From Candidatus Sulfomarinibacteraceae bacterium (GTDB taxonomy: Bacteria; Acidobacteriota; Thermoanaerobaculia; Thermoanaerobaculales; Sulfomarinibacteraceae), in contig CAVYKX010000004.1 in assembly GCA_963769215.1 (NCBI GenBank), positions 235,566-299,565 on the forward strand: a stretch of DNA of 64,000 bases, given 5' to 3'. Below, piece after piece: positions 36,333 to 47,920 of the stretch. Each line of letters opens with the position of its first letter. The stretch's first letter is position 1. The notes beneath the pieces were generated by a model, which saw only the letters and a program-made list of their open reading frames with translations, was not told the DNA's origin and made no database searches. The position numbers were made by a program, and so were the translations under genes.

Positions 36333-38778
36333 TCACGGGCTCTCCTGGACCTGAGCCACGACGTCGCGATCGCTCTCGACGACCGGCCGCCGTCCTCGAG
36401 CCGACATCTTCAAGTGGACGCTCTGGCACCGCGGTGCTGATCAGATAATCCGCCACCGCATCCTCGACCCACAGCTTGACCAGTCGCCGCAACGGCCGGG
36501 CGCCGGCCTGCGGATCCATCCCGCACTGCTCCATCAACCATGCCGGCAACGTCGGGATCGAACTCGAGAGTCGATCTTTTGCCGGCAAGAACTCCGCGGT
36601 CTCCTGCAGCAGGATGCCGCGCGACCTCCAGCATGCTGTCTTCGCTCGAGAGCATCGAAGACGATGACGTCGTCCAGCCGGTTGAGGAACTCGGGTGGAA
36701 AGTGGCGCCGGAGCTCCCGGTCGACGATCTCGCGAACTCTGCGCGACTCGCATGCGCCTGCCCTCGCCAAAACCCATTCGGTCGTCGTCGACGATGTCGC
36801 GGCTGCCGAGGTTGGAGGTCATGATGATCAGCGTATTCGTGAAGTCGACCACGTTGCCGTAGTTGTCGGTGAGGCGGCCGTCCTCGAGCACCTGCAGCAG
36901 CAGGTTGTAGATATCCGGGTGGGCCTTCTCGATCTCGTCGAGCAGAATCACCGAGTAGGGGTTGCGGCGCACCTGCTCGGACAGCTGGCCGCCCTCCTCG
37001 AAACCCACATAGCCCGGAGGCGAACCGATCAGCCGCGACACCGTGTGCTTCTCCATGTACTCGGACATGTCGAAGCGCACCAGTCGGCGGGGATCCTGGA
37101 ACAGGAAGCCGGCGAGCTGCCGGGCCACCTCGGTCTTGCCGACCCCCGAGGGCCCGAGGAAGATGAACGATCCGATCGGCCGGTCGGGACTGGTCACCCC
37201 GAGCCGGCTGCGGCGGATGGCGCGGGCCACGGCCTCGATGGCGTCGTCCTGACCGACGACCCGCTGGCGCAGAATCTCCTCCATCCGCTGCAGCCGTTCG
37301 GCCTCGTCCTCCTCGAGGGCGGTGACCGGAATGCCGGTCCAGGAGGACACCACCTCCTCGATGTCGGCGCGGTCGACGACGCCTGCTCGGGCGGCTCGTC
37401 GGCATGGGTGCTCTCGAGCATCTCGAGCTCTTCGCGCAGCCGCAGCTCCTCCTCCCGCAGATCAACGGCGACGCTCGAAGTCCTTGCGCGAGATCGCGTC
37501 CTTCATCTGCGCCACCACTCGGCGGATCTCCGTGTTGCACCCGGCGACAGCGACGTGGTCGAGGACACCTGCCGCAGCTTGACCCGCGCCCCGGCCTCGT
37601 CGATGACGTCGATGGCCTTGTCCGGAAACGACCGGTCGGTGATGTAGCGCGCCGGCATGGGCAACCGCGGCCGCGATGGCCTCGTCGCGTGTAGCGAACG
37701 CCGTGGAACTCCTCGTAGCGGGACTGCACGCCGCGCAGGATCTCGACGGTCTCCTCTTCGGTCGGCTGGCGGATCGTGACCGCCTGAAAACGCCGCGACA
37801 AGCGCCCGGTCCTTCTCCACGTACTTGCGATACTCGCGCACGGTGGTGGCGCCGATGCAGGTGATCTCGCCGCGCGACAGGGCCGGCTTGAGAATATTGG
37901 CGGCATCGAGCGAGCCCTCGGCCGAACCGGTGCCGATCAGCGAGTGGATCTCGTCGATGAAGATGATGATCTCAGGGTGGTCCTGCAGCTCCTTGAGCAG
38001 GCCCTTGAGCCGCTCCTCGAACTGGCCACGGTACTTGGTGCCGGCCACCAGCAACGACAGGTCGAGGGCGAGGATGCGCCGATCCGCCAGCAGCGTCGGC
38101 ACCGATCCATCGACGATGCGGGTCGCCAGACCCTCGACGATGGCGGTCTTGCCGACGCCGGCCTCGCCCAGCAGCAGCGGGTTGTTCTTGGTCCGGCGGC
38201 AGAGGATCTGGATGATCCGCTCGACCTCCTGTCGCGGCCGATCAGAGGATCGAAGCCCCCTTCGGCAGCCAGCATGGTGAGATCGCGCGAGTACTCGGCG
38301 ATATGCGGCGTGGCCTGCGTCGGTCGCTTCGGCCTCGAGCTCGCGGCCGCGCCGGACGACCTCCTCGCGAAGCTCGAAGAGCTCGAAGCCGTCGCGCGTT
38401 CAGGTACTGAGCCGCGGTGCAGTCCTCGGCCCGCAGCAACCCGAGCAGCAGGTGCTCAGATCCCGACGCTCGCGTGGCCCATGCTCTCTGCCTCGTGAAC
38501 CGCAAAAGCGAGGGCCTTCTTGGTCTCTTCGGCCAAGCGGCAGGTCCGGCGAGGTGCTCACCCGTTCCAGCGTGACTCGATCGCCGAGCAGCTCCTCCCG
38601 AAGCTCGCGCGCGTCCACGCCCTGTTTCGTCGAGCAACTCGCTGAAGGCAGGATCCGCCTCGCGCAGCATGCCCAGCAGCAGGTGCTCCGAGCCGATCGA
38701 CCTGCTACTCGTCCGGCTCGCTTCGTAGCGAGCAAAGAACAGGCTGCGGCGGACGTGCTCGTTAAATCTTTCGAACAT
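36333..38778 (-). pseudogene. clpC: ClpC-like AAA+ unfoldase (Clp_N repeats, D1, UVR-like motif, D2), many frameshifts
   Basis: MFERFNEHVRRSLFFARYEA...GSEHLLLGML and a second GSEHLLLGLL repeat. D1 is [21 protein letters not shown]...[34 protein letters not shown]. The UVR-like motif is IRRVVAQMKDAISRKDFER. D2 is [17 protein letters not shown]...[30 protein letters not shown]. Confidence 0.75.
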
Positions 38779-39464
38779 GGTCGAAATTTTCGCCCGCAGG
38801 CGCGAGGCGGAAGACGCGGTCGCACATGCGGGCCATGTCCTCGTCGTGGGTCACTATAATTGATGTCAATCCTGCCATCAAATGCAGCTCCCGCACGAGG
38901 TCGAAGACCTGCTCGGAGTTGGCGCGATCGAGATTGCCGGTCGGTTCGTCCGCGAGCAGCAGCCGCGGCTTCATGGCCAGCGCTCTGAGCCACGGCGACC
39001 CGCTGCTGCTCACCACCCGAAAGCTGGTCCGGGAAGTGGTGTGCGCGGTCACTCGAGCCCCACCGCGTCGAGCAGCTCGCCGGCCCGCGCTCGTGCTGCC
39101 GTGGCGCCCTGCACCACCGATCCGCAGCGGCAGCGCCACGTTGTCCAGAGCATCCAGCTCGTCGAGCAGGTGGTGATGCTGGAAGACGAAGCCGATCATC
39201 CGATTCCGGATTCGGGCGCGCTCTTCGCCGTCGAGCTCGCCGATCGTCTCGTCCGTCGAGCTCGAGATACCCCTCATCCGGCCGATCGAGCAGGCCGATG
39301 AGATGCAGCAGCGTGCTCTTGCCGACCCCTGAAGGCCCGACAACGGCCAGCAGTCTCGCCCTGCCTGATCGTCGAGATCGAGGTCCTTCGAGACCTCGAC
39401 CCGGGTGGCGCCGGTGCCGTAGCCCTTGCTCACGCCCACGCAGCTCGACCAGGCGGTCGCTCAC
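38762..39464 (-). pseudogene. lolD: Lipoprotein-releasing ABC transporter ATP-binding protein, frameshifted
   Basis: VVGPSGVGKSTLLHLIG (Walker A), IGFVFQHHHLL, LSGGEQQRVA (signature), LLLADEPTGNLD (Walker B), IIVTHDEDMA. GTGA overlap with the permease stop. Confidence 0.75.
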
Positions 39465-40618
39465 TCATAGCGCAGTCCCTCGGCCGGCTCTCGGCGCGCG
39501 ACCAGCCGCGACGGCAGCCACGAGGCCGCTGCCGCGAGAGCCCAGCGCCGACGAGCCATCACCAACGCGACCATCCGGGTCCACCCGGAACGGCACCGAC
39601 GAAACCACGAACACCCCGCGCGGCAGCGGCAGCGCCCGGATGCGATCGAGCGCCAACGATATGGCAGACACCCAGGACGGCACCGACCACCGACCCGACC
39701 ATCCCGATGCCGAGACCGAGCAGCGAGGAAGAGCCGCCGGAGCGCGTTCGGCACCATGCCGAGCCTGGCCAGCACCGCGAGATCGGTTCGTTTCTCGGCC
39801 GCCACCATGGCCACGTTGCAGAGCAGATTGAGGGCGGCCACGACCAGCATCAGCCCCACGGCCACGAAGATCATCACCCGCTCGAGGGCCAGGGCGAGCA
39901 GCAGCGGCCGGTGAAGCTCTTCGAGACCCTCGCACCTCAACGGTCTTGCAGCTCGCCGGCCAGCACCTCTCGCAACCCGCGCGCCCAAGCCCCAGGGATC
40001 GTCAGGATCACGAAGCTCGATGGCCTCGACCACTGCCTCACCCCACAACAGACGCTGCGCCAGCTCGAGGGGAAGCCGAACCGCGCCCGACTCCGCTCCG
40101 GGTTCCGGTGATGCACGCCGGCGACCTCGACCCGCAGCCCGAACCGGCAGCGGCCCCATAGGGGTCAGCCGCTGGCGGGGCGAGATCACCTGCACCTCGT
40201 CGCCCCTGCCGACCCCGAGCCGGGCGGCAAGGATCGTGGTCGATCGCCACATCGAGGGCGTCAGAGCGGCCGACCACCGATGCCGGAACGGCATCCGTCG
40301 GCGACGAAACCAGGCACGTACCACGCACGACCTGCACCATCTCCACATGCCGGCAAGCTCGTCTTGCAAGACCGAGGCCAACTTCGACGGATCTTGCGAG
40401 CCGCCGGCCATCCGCCGGGACGACACGGGCGTGGGCGCGCGGCCGACGATCTCGGCACGGATGCTCGACTGAAAGCCCTCGAGCAGGGCCAGGGTGACCA
40501 CCAGGGCCATGACGCCAAGACCGAGACCGACCAGCGAAATCAGGGTCACCGTCGCGACGTGGGTCCGTCGGCGAAGCCCGATCAGGTAGCGCCGCGCAAG
40601 GTGCAGTTCAGCGGACAC
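39461..40618 (-). pseudogene. lolE: LolC/LolE-type lipoprotein-release permease (FtsX-like), frameshifted; start uncertain
   Basis: [56 protein letters not shown] at the N-terminus, and C-terminal ...[10 protein letters not shown]-stop. Confidence 0.65.
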
Positions 40619-40734
40619 GTTTCCCGGCCCCTTCTCCAAGAACCCGGATTGACGTCCGGCTGGCCGCACTGCCCGGCCCGAAGCGCAGCCTCGCTCGCCG
40701 GTGTTCACTCCGCACCGCACCGACGGCTCCGGTC

Positions 40735-42227
<1,493 letters not shown>

Positions 42228-42317
42228 AATACCTCCCCGCGGGCACGTCTGCGGGCGCGTGATTCTACCATGGCAATACGCCTTCAGCGAATTGCAGAGA
42301 GCATGTTTTTCAGTGGT

Positions 42318-43148
42318 TTAGCGTTTTTGCCTCGGTCCGCCAGAGCGCGATCGAGGACGCTTTCCCTCGTCAACGGAGCGCGGTCGCCGGCGGCGAGATG
42401 AGCTCGGTTTCTTTGCTTTCGCGGTCAAGCGTCGAAGAGCCCGCACCTCAGCATCGGTCACAGTGCGAAATTCACCCGGCTTCAAGGTGTCGTCCCGGAG
42501 TTCTCCGATGGCGGACCGGCGCAGCCGCTGTACGTGATGGCCGGCCTTGAAAAAAAGTTCCCGCACCTCGTGAGTCCGGCCTTCGGTGACTTCCACCTTC
42601 CACCAGGTCGTCTTCCCTCCACGATTGACCGAAACGCGCTCTGCGCGCCGCGGTTTGACATGGCGGCCTTCGACGACCGTGCCGGCCAGGAGTTTGCGGT
42701 GTTCGGCGTCCGTCAAATCACCGCGAATCTTGACCATATATTCCCGCACCACGCCGTGCCGCGGGTGCGAAACCCGGGCCGCGAGTTCGCCGTCGTTGGT
42801 CAGCAGCAGCAATCCTTCGGAGTGGTAGTCGAGCCGACCGACCGGGTAGATCCGCTCGCGGATAACCGGTTTGATGATGTCGAGAACCGTCTTCCGCTCC
42901 TCGGGGTCGTCACAGGTCGTCATCACCTGCCGCGGTTTGTAGAGCAGGATGTATCGCAGCGCCTCCGGCGCCTTCAGCATCTTGCCGTCGACTTTGATGT
43001 GGACGTGCGCCGGATCAACCTTCAGGCCTGGTTCGGCCACCCGGCCGTCGACCGTTACGCGGCCTTCGTTGACCGCTCGATCGGCATCGCGCCGCGAACA
43101 CAGACCCGAGCGCGCAATAATCTTCTGGAGTCTCTCTTCAGCCATCAT
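42318..43148 (-). CDS. rluB: RluB/RsuA-family rRNA pseudouridine synthase
   Basis: S4 domain (RLQKIIARSGLCSRRDADRAVNEGRVTVDG) and catalytic PVGRLDYHSEGLLLLTNDGELA. Intact, with a basic C-terminal tail. Confidence 0.85.
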   Translation of the reverse strand: MMAEERLQKIIARSGLCSRRDADRAVNEGRVTVDGRVAEPGLKVDPAHVHIKVDGKMLKAPEALRYILLYKPRQVMTTCDDPEERKTVLDIIKPVIRERIYPVGRLDYHSEGLLLLTNDGELAARVSHPRHGVVREYMVKIRGDLTDAEHRKLLAGTVVEGRHVKPRRAERVSVNRGGKTTWWKVEVTEGRTHEVRELFFKAGHHVQRLRRSAIGELRDDTLKPGEFRTVTDAEVRALRRLTAKAKKPSSSRRRRPRSVDEGKRPRSRSGGPRQKR

Positions 43149-43226
43149 TCCCCCGATTTCTGGGATACTCCGCCTCTCGGCGGGGAGAGGGAATGTATCA
43201 CAGGCAATCGAAGTGGTTCATCTTTC

Positions 43227-43404
43227 GGCGCGCTCTTCTGCACATGCCACACCGCGTGATTGCCACCCTTGACATTGATCGGACCGTTCGGCCAAGCGAT
43301 TTCAGCCTATGAGATCCCGACAATGTCAAAAGTGGCACGTCCGATCAACGCGCTCTTCTGCGGGCGCGCTTCCCGCAAAGAAGCCACCTTGAGCATTGAC
43401 CGAC
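43227..43404 (-). repeat. Rod-hairpin element, alpha subtype, copy 5, plus an adjoining truncated beta half-unit
   Basis: The minus strand reads GCAGAAGAGCGCGTTGATCGGACGTGCCACTTTTGACATTGTCGG-loop-CCGATCAATGTCAAGGGTGGCAATCACGCGG...GCAGAAGAGCGCGCC. Positions 43362-43404 equal only the 3' arm of a beta unit (GTCGGTCAATGCTCAAGGTGGCTTCTTTGCGGGAAGCGCGCCC on the minus strand). Confidence 0.8.
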
Positions 43405-43409
43405 TCACT

Positions 43410-43460
43410 GGGAGGGTGGGCGGGAATTCCTAATTCCAAAATCCTAATTCCTGATTCAAT
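43410..43460. repeat. Canonical G4 box plus AATTCCT heptamers, upstream of the start at 43479
   Basis: GGGAGGGTGGGCGGG AATTCCT AATTCCA AAATCCT AATTCCT GATTCAATC. Confidence 0.85.
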
Positions 43461-43478
43461 CGTCTATCCTGTCGAAGC

Positions 43479-44721
43479 AATGCCCAACATCGACACCTCC
43501 GCTCTCAAACGCGATCTCCTGCTTCGCGGCGTGTGGGAGGCACTCGGCACGCCCCTATGTCATGTGACGGGGGGGTATGTTCGCGATCTCCTGCTCGGCC
43601 GGGAAAGTGCCGACCTCGATCTCGTGCTTCCCGGCAATCTCGACGCAGTCAGGGGACCGGCGCGCCGGTTGGCGGCCCGGCTCGATGCCGGCGCGCACAT
43701 CCTCGGCCGGGACGAGAAGCGCGTGTGGCGGATCGAGACCGAGCATCTCAAGGTCGAACTCTGGCCGCTCGGTAGCCTCGATCTCGGCAGCGATATCCGG
43801 CGTCGCGATTTCACCTGCAACGCACTCATGTGGCAGATGCCCGACGGTCCCCTCATCGATCAGGTCGGTGGTATCACGGACCTCGAGACCGGAACCCTGC
43901 GAGCCGTCAAGAAATCCAACCTCGAGAGGGACCCCGTGCGTCTGGTTCGCGCGGCTCGCTTTCTGGCTCAGTTCCCCGATTTCGAAATTGACCAGACAAC
44001 GGCCGGGTGGCTTCGATCCCTTGCGTCTCGGGTGTTGCGCTCGCCCAGCGAGCGCCTCGGTCAGGAACTACTCAAGCTGGTTGCGGCATCAGACCTCGAA
44101 CGCGGTTTTCGAGCACTCCTGGACTTCGGCCTGATGCGGCACATGGTGCGGCCCGCGGCTCGTTTTGACGACGCATGGATGACCGCCAACCTCGATGCTT
44201 CCACCCGAATGCAACTGTCAACACATCCATCACGTGCCGCCCTCGCAGCGGCAGGCGACGCTGCTCCTCTTGCCATGCTCTTGCGCGCCTGGGGCTCACC
44301 ACATCCTGACGCCACCGCACCCTATGCCTGGCCGCGCAGCCTTCGGACGCACGCGGCCCTCGCCGCACAGTTGCTCGACCAGGTCATACCCGCGGTTGAC
44401 GGCCCGGTCGGAAACCGACGCGCCTTGATCCATCGAGCAGGACACGCCTTCCCTGCCGCCCTCGCCTTCGCGGCCGCCATCGAACCCGAGCACAATTGGG
44501 ATCGATGGTGGCGTTTGTGGCGTCAACGCGGCCCGGAATTGGTTGATCCCGAGCCGCTTCTTTCCGGCAACGAAATGTCCGCCGCGCTCGGCATCCCTCC
44601 TGGCCCCTCCCTCGGCCGCGCCATCGACGCTCTCACCAAGGCGCAGGTCCGCGGGAAAATCCATACGGCCGGTGGTGCGAGGAGATGGCTCAAAAAGAAC
44701 GTTGAAACGTTAGAACGTTGA
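43479..44721 (+). CDS. CCA-adding enzyme / poly(A) polymerase-family nucleotidyltransferase
   Basis: GGYVRDLLLGRESADLDLV and RRDFTCNAL head-domain motifs, plus DPVRLVRAARF. The last 8 codons or so lie in an AACGTT heptamer array. Confidence 0.75.
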
Positions 44722-44797
44722 ACGTTAGAACGTTCCGACCACCCACCCAGGCTATGGGCTATAGGCTATGAGCTATGGGCACCTCCCACCCGCCCGG
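44697..44797. repeat. Double unit: AACGTT heptamers, C-box, GGCTATG heptamers, C-box; spans the stop at 44721
   Basis: GAACGTTGAAACGTTAGAACGTTGAACGTTAGAACGTT CCGACCACCCACCC AGGCTATGGGCTATAGGCTATGAGCTATGGGC ACCTCCCACCCGCCCGG. Confidence 0.85.
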
Positions 44798-44807
44798 TTG
44801 ACCAAAG

Positions 44808-45058
44808 GCTGAACGGCACGCTCAGCGGAGGTGCCATTTTTTGCATTGTCCGGATCGTGACGCCTCTAACGGTCTGGCATCATGGTCGGTCAATGCTAAA
44901 GGTGGCTCCTTTGCGGCAAGCGCGCCCGCAGAACAGCGCGCTCGCCGGAGCGTGCCAGTTTTCGCATTGTCCGGAGAGTCGACTGCAACTGAGATGTCGG
45001 TTGGGTCGGTCAATGCGAAGGCTGGCAACTCTCGGGAAGCGCGTTTGCAGAAGGGCGC
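44808..45058 (+). repeat. Two tandem rod-hairpin elements (beta subtype, copies 6 and 7) sharing a GCAGAACAGCGCGC junction
   Basis: Unit 1 is ...GGAGGTGCCATTTTTTGCATTGTCCGG...GGTCGGTCAATGCTAAAGGTGGCTCC.... Unit 2 is GCAGAACAGCGCGCTCGCCGGAGCGTGCCAGTTTTCGCATTGTCCGG...GGTCGGTCAATGCGAAGGCTGGCAACTCTCGGGAAGCGCGTTTGCAGAAGGGCGC. Confidence 0.85.
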
Positions 45059-45113
45059 ATTGAAGGAGTGAGCGCGGTCCAGAATTGGTATCGGGCTCCA
45101 AGACGGGCACGGG

Positions 45114-45518
45114 TTACGAGCCAGAGAACTCCAGCAACTCGACCGGCATGCCATTGTGCAGAATCATCGCGACCCGGATGCCCTCCATCGGCGACGAAAC
45201 CTCGCCGATGAGCTCCTTGCCGGTGACGGCGGCATCGAGGTCGTCGACCTCGAAGGCGATGTGGGGCACGGTTCGGACAAGCTCGGAAACCGGACTGTGG
45301 TCGTCGAATCGCATCCACTCGACCCCGTAAGGACTGGTACCGAAACCGGAGACGTGCATCCCGAGCTCCGCGAGATGAATCTCCCCTTCTCGCGGAGTAT
45401 CGGTGGGGATGCCGAGGTGGTGGTAGCGCCAGCCCCAGTCGGCAACCGCTGCCGGCGGGTCGGTCTCGTGACGGATCTCGAGGTCGGCGTCTCTGTTCGA
45501 ATCATCGCGTTCGTTCAT
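45114..45518 (-). CDS. VOC (glyoxalase/bleomycin-resistance) family protein
   Basis: 134 aa. YHHLGIPT...HIAFEVDDLDAAV...GIRVAMILHNGMPVELLEF follows the beta-alpha-beta-beta-beta pattern. Confidence 0.6.
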   Translation of the reverse strand: MNERDDSNRDADLEIRHETDPPAAVADWGWRYHHLGIPTDTPREGEIHLAELGMHVSGFGTSPYGVEWMRFDDHSPVSELVRTVPHIAFEVDDLDAAVTGKELIGEVSSPMEGIRVAMILHNGMPVELLEFSGS

Positions 45519-45577
45519 GTCTGCTCCACCTGGTCGGGTGATCGCCGTCGGTCAATGGTACTCCGACCTGCACATCT

Positions 45578-45635
45578 GGATTCGGCCGAATTCGGATTTC
45601 GGAATTCGGAATTCAGAATTCCCACCACCCCACCC
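45578..45635. repeat. GAATTCG/GGATTTC heptamers plus a C-box (G-box then heptamers toward the VOC gene start on the minus strand)
   Basis: GGATTCGGCCGAATTCGGATTTCGGAATTCGGAATTCAGAATT CCCACCACCCCACCC. Confidence 0.8.
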
Positions 45636-45690
45636 ATGAGGAACTGCAGATAAACACAGATCGAATTCGAAGATCTGTAGGGAGTGCGAC

Positions 45691-45817
45691 GGCAGAAAAG
45701 CGCTTTGATCGGGCGTGCCACTTTGAACAATGTCGGAACCTCTCGGGCTGAAATCGTTTCGGCGAATGGCCCGATCATTGTTAAGGGTGGCAAACCGCCG
45801 GCGGCTGCGATTTGCGG
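45691..45817 (+). repeat. Rod-hairpin element, alpha subtype, copy 8
   Basis: GGCAGAAAAGCGCTTTGATCGGGCGTGCCACTTTGAACAATGTCGG-loop (GGCTGAAATCGTTT, as in copy 5)-CCGATCATTGTTAAGGGTGGCAAACCGCCGG. Confidence 0.8.
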
Positions 45818-45913
45818 CCCAGGATTCGTCGTCAGGCGAATCCATGGGCCGCGCGCAGGCGACGGTGCTTCACGGCGGCCCCGGGCCGCCAGTAACCACG
45901 CGGTAGGGCGTCC

Positions 45914-46042
45914 GCAGAAGAGCGCGCTCGCCGGAGCGTGCCAGTTTTCGCAATGTCCGGAGAGTCAATCTGAAATGAGATGCCGGCCGGGTCGGTCAAT
46001 GCGAAGGCTGGCAACTCTCGGGGAGTGCGTTTGGAGAACAGC
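45914..46042 (+). repeat. Rod-hairpin element, beta subtype, copy 9 (preceded by a degenerate 3' end of another unit at about 45870-45913)
   Basis: GCAGAAGAGCGCGCTCGCCGGAGCGTGCCAGTTTTCGCAATGTCCGG...GGTCGGTCAATGCGAAGGCTGGCAACTCTCGGGGAGTGCGTTTGGAGAACAGC. Confidence 0.85.
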
Positions 46043-46085
46043 TCGGTCAACCTTGGAGCGCCAAGCCAACAGTGATGATTTCGTT

Positions 46086-46109
46086 GGGATCGGGATCGGT
46101 ATCGGGACC
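46086..46109. repeat. GGGATC hexamer array upstream of the cstA start
   Basis: GGGATCGGGATCGGTATCGGGACC, 23 nt before the ATG at 46132. Confidence 0.75.
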
Positions 46110-46131
46110 GAAGGCGCGTAGAATACCCCTC

Positions 46132-47821
46132 ATGGTTTCAATTCTCGCGGTTCTGACATGCTTCGCGATGTACTTTGCCGGGTACCTGTTCTACTCGCGG
46201 TATCTGGCGCAGAAGGTCTTTGCGTTGCGGGCGGATGCGGTCACGCCCGCAAACAGCTTGAGGGACGGAATCGACTACGTGCCGACACCTCCGCTGGTGC
46301 TCTTCGGCCACCACTACGCGTCGATCACCGGGCTTTCACCGATGCTCGGACCCGCCATCGCGGTGGTCTGGGGCTGGCTGCCGGCGATGCTGTGGGTGGT
46401 CTTCGGATCGATTCTGATCGGCTGCGTCCACGACTTCGGCGCCCTTGTCATCTCGGTCCGTGCCAAGGGCTTGTCGATCGGCGCGATCGCCGAAGGCCTG
46501 ATGGGGAAACGTGCAAAAGCACTGATGCACGCCATCATCTTCTTCGCCATCGCCCTGGCGATGGGCGTCTTCGCCTACGTCGTCGGTCTCCTCTTCTCGG
46601 CCGACTACTACCCCGAGTCAGTGGTCCCATCCGGCGCCATCCTGGTCGCCGCGCTCCTCATCGGATGGCTGGTACGCAAACGGGGGCGCAAGCTCACGCC
46701 GCTGATCTCGGTGGCGTTCGTCGTCATTCTGATCGTTGTCATCGCCTCGCCCCACCTGCCAGTGCGGTGGGCCTCGTCAGAAGGGTGGACGTGGATCCTG
46801 CTCGCCTACGCCTGGCTGGCCTCGGTACTGCCCGTGTGGTCGCTGCTTCAGCCGCGCGACTTTCTCAACTCACTGCTCCTCTATGTCGGGCTCGGACTGA
46901 CCTATATCGGGTTCTTCATCCTCCGCCCAGAATTCGCATCGCCGGTCGTGGACACCCACCCGCCCGGTGCGCCGCCCATGTACCCCTTCGTTTTCATCGT
47001 CATCGCCTGCGGCGCGGCCTCCGGCTTCCATTCGCTGGTTTCTTCGGGCACTACCGCCAAGCAACTCGATCGCGAGCCCCAGGCACGGCCGATCGGCTAC
47101 GGCGCCATGATCGGTGAGTCACTGCTCGGTCTGGCCGCCGTCCTCGCCTGCACCGCCGGTTTCGTTTCACCCGCGGCGTGGAAACACCACTACGCCGATT
47201 GGGCGTCGATCCAGGGCCTCGGCAGCAGCATGAGCGCCTTCATCGAAGGTGCGACGCGCTTCGTCTCGGTCGTCGGACTGCCCGAGCAGACCGCACGAAC
47301 TCTGATCGCCGTGGTGGTCGTGAGCTTCGCCCTGACCACCCTCGACTCGGCAACCCGCCTGTTGCGCTACAACATCGAGGAGATCGCCACATCCATAAAA
47401 TTCGCGCCCGCTGCGGAACCGCTATCTCTCGTCGACGCTGGCCGTCATCGCGATCTCCTTCTTCGCCTTTTATCGAATCGAGGGCCAGTCGGCAGGTCTG
47501 GTGCTGTGGCAGCTCTTCGGTTCCACCAATCAGCTGCTTGCCGGGCTCGCCCTGCTCACGGTCTCGCTCTATCTCCTCGAACGCAAGCGCCCTGCCCTGC
47601 CCTATCTCGTGCCGATGGTCTTCATGATGGTCACGACTCTCATCGCCATGGGCATCAAGCTGCGGTCATTTTGGCGGGACGGCAACACCACCCTCCTGAT
47701 CGTTGGAGGCGCCATTTCGATCATTGCCGTGTGGCTGGTGGTCGAGGCGGCGTTCGCGATTCGGCGCTATACCCGCACTCCCCCGGTTCGAGAGCTCGAT
47801 ATCGCCCTCCCCGAGTCGTGA
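46132..47821 (+). pseudogene. cstA: Carbon starvation protein A (CstA-family transporter), one frameshift near 47400-47500
   Basis: LFGHHYASITGLSPMLGPAIAVVWGWLPAMLWVVFGSILIGCVHDF and CGAASGFHSLVSSGTTAKQL are CstA-like. The C-terminus continues in ORF 47501..47821 (WQLFGSTNQLLAGLALL). Confidence 0.8.
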
Positions 47822-47920
47822 ATTCGGGTGCGATATCGAAGGTCGCGAGGTCCAAGATTTCGTGCCCAACCAGTCCGCCCGCAGGGGAGATATAATCAGC
47901 CCTCCATTCGGGAGGCAATC

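Noticed and set aside
36410-37906. 498-aa ORF, and the 354-aa ORF 38400..39464, as separate genes
   Set aside because: They are out-of-frame read-through across the frameshifted clpC-like and lolD genes. Only short internal stretches carry real Clp or LolD sequence.
44697-44734. AACGTT heptamer arrays as integron attC sites or cassette boundaries
   Set aside because: They resemble RYYYAAC/GTTRRRY only superficially. The sequences do not fit the consensus at the last position, there is no intI, and the flanked genes are housekeeping.
44841-45071. Small ORFs sharing the peptide WSVNAKGGS / GSVNAKAGNS (10179.., 28843.., 44841..) as a small-protein family
   Set aside because: The shared peptide is simply the translation of the conserved 3' arm of the beta hairpin repeat. 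There are no consistent starts or stops.
44808-46042. Possible CRISPR array from the tandem roughly 130-nt units
   Set aside because: There are only 2-3 adjacent units. The units are themselves long hairpins with variable stems. There are no short constant repeats alternating with unique spacers, and no cas genes.
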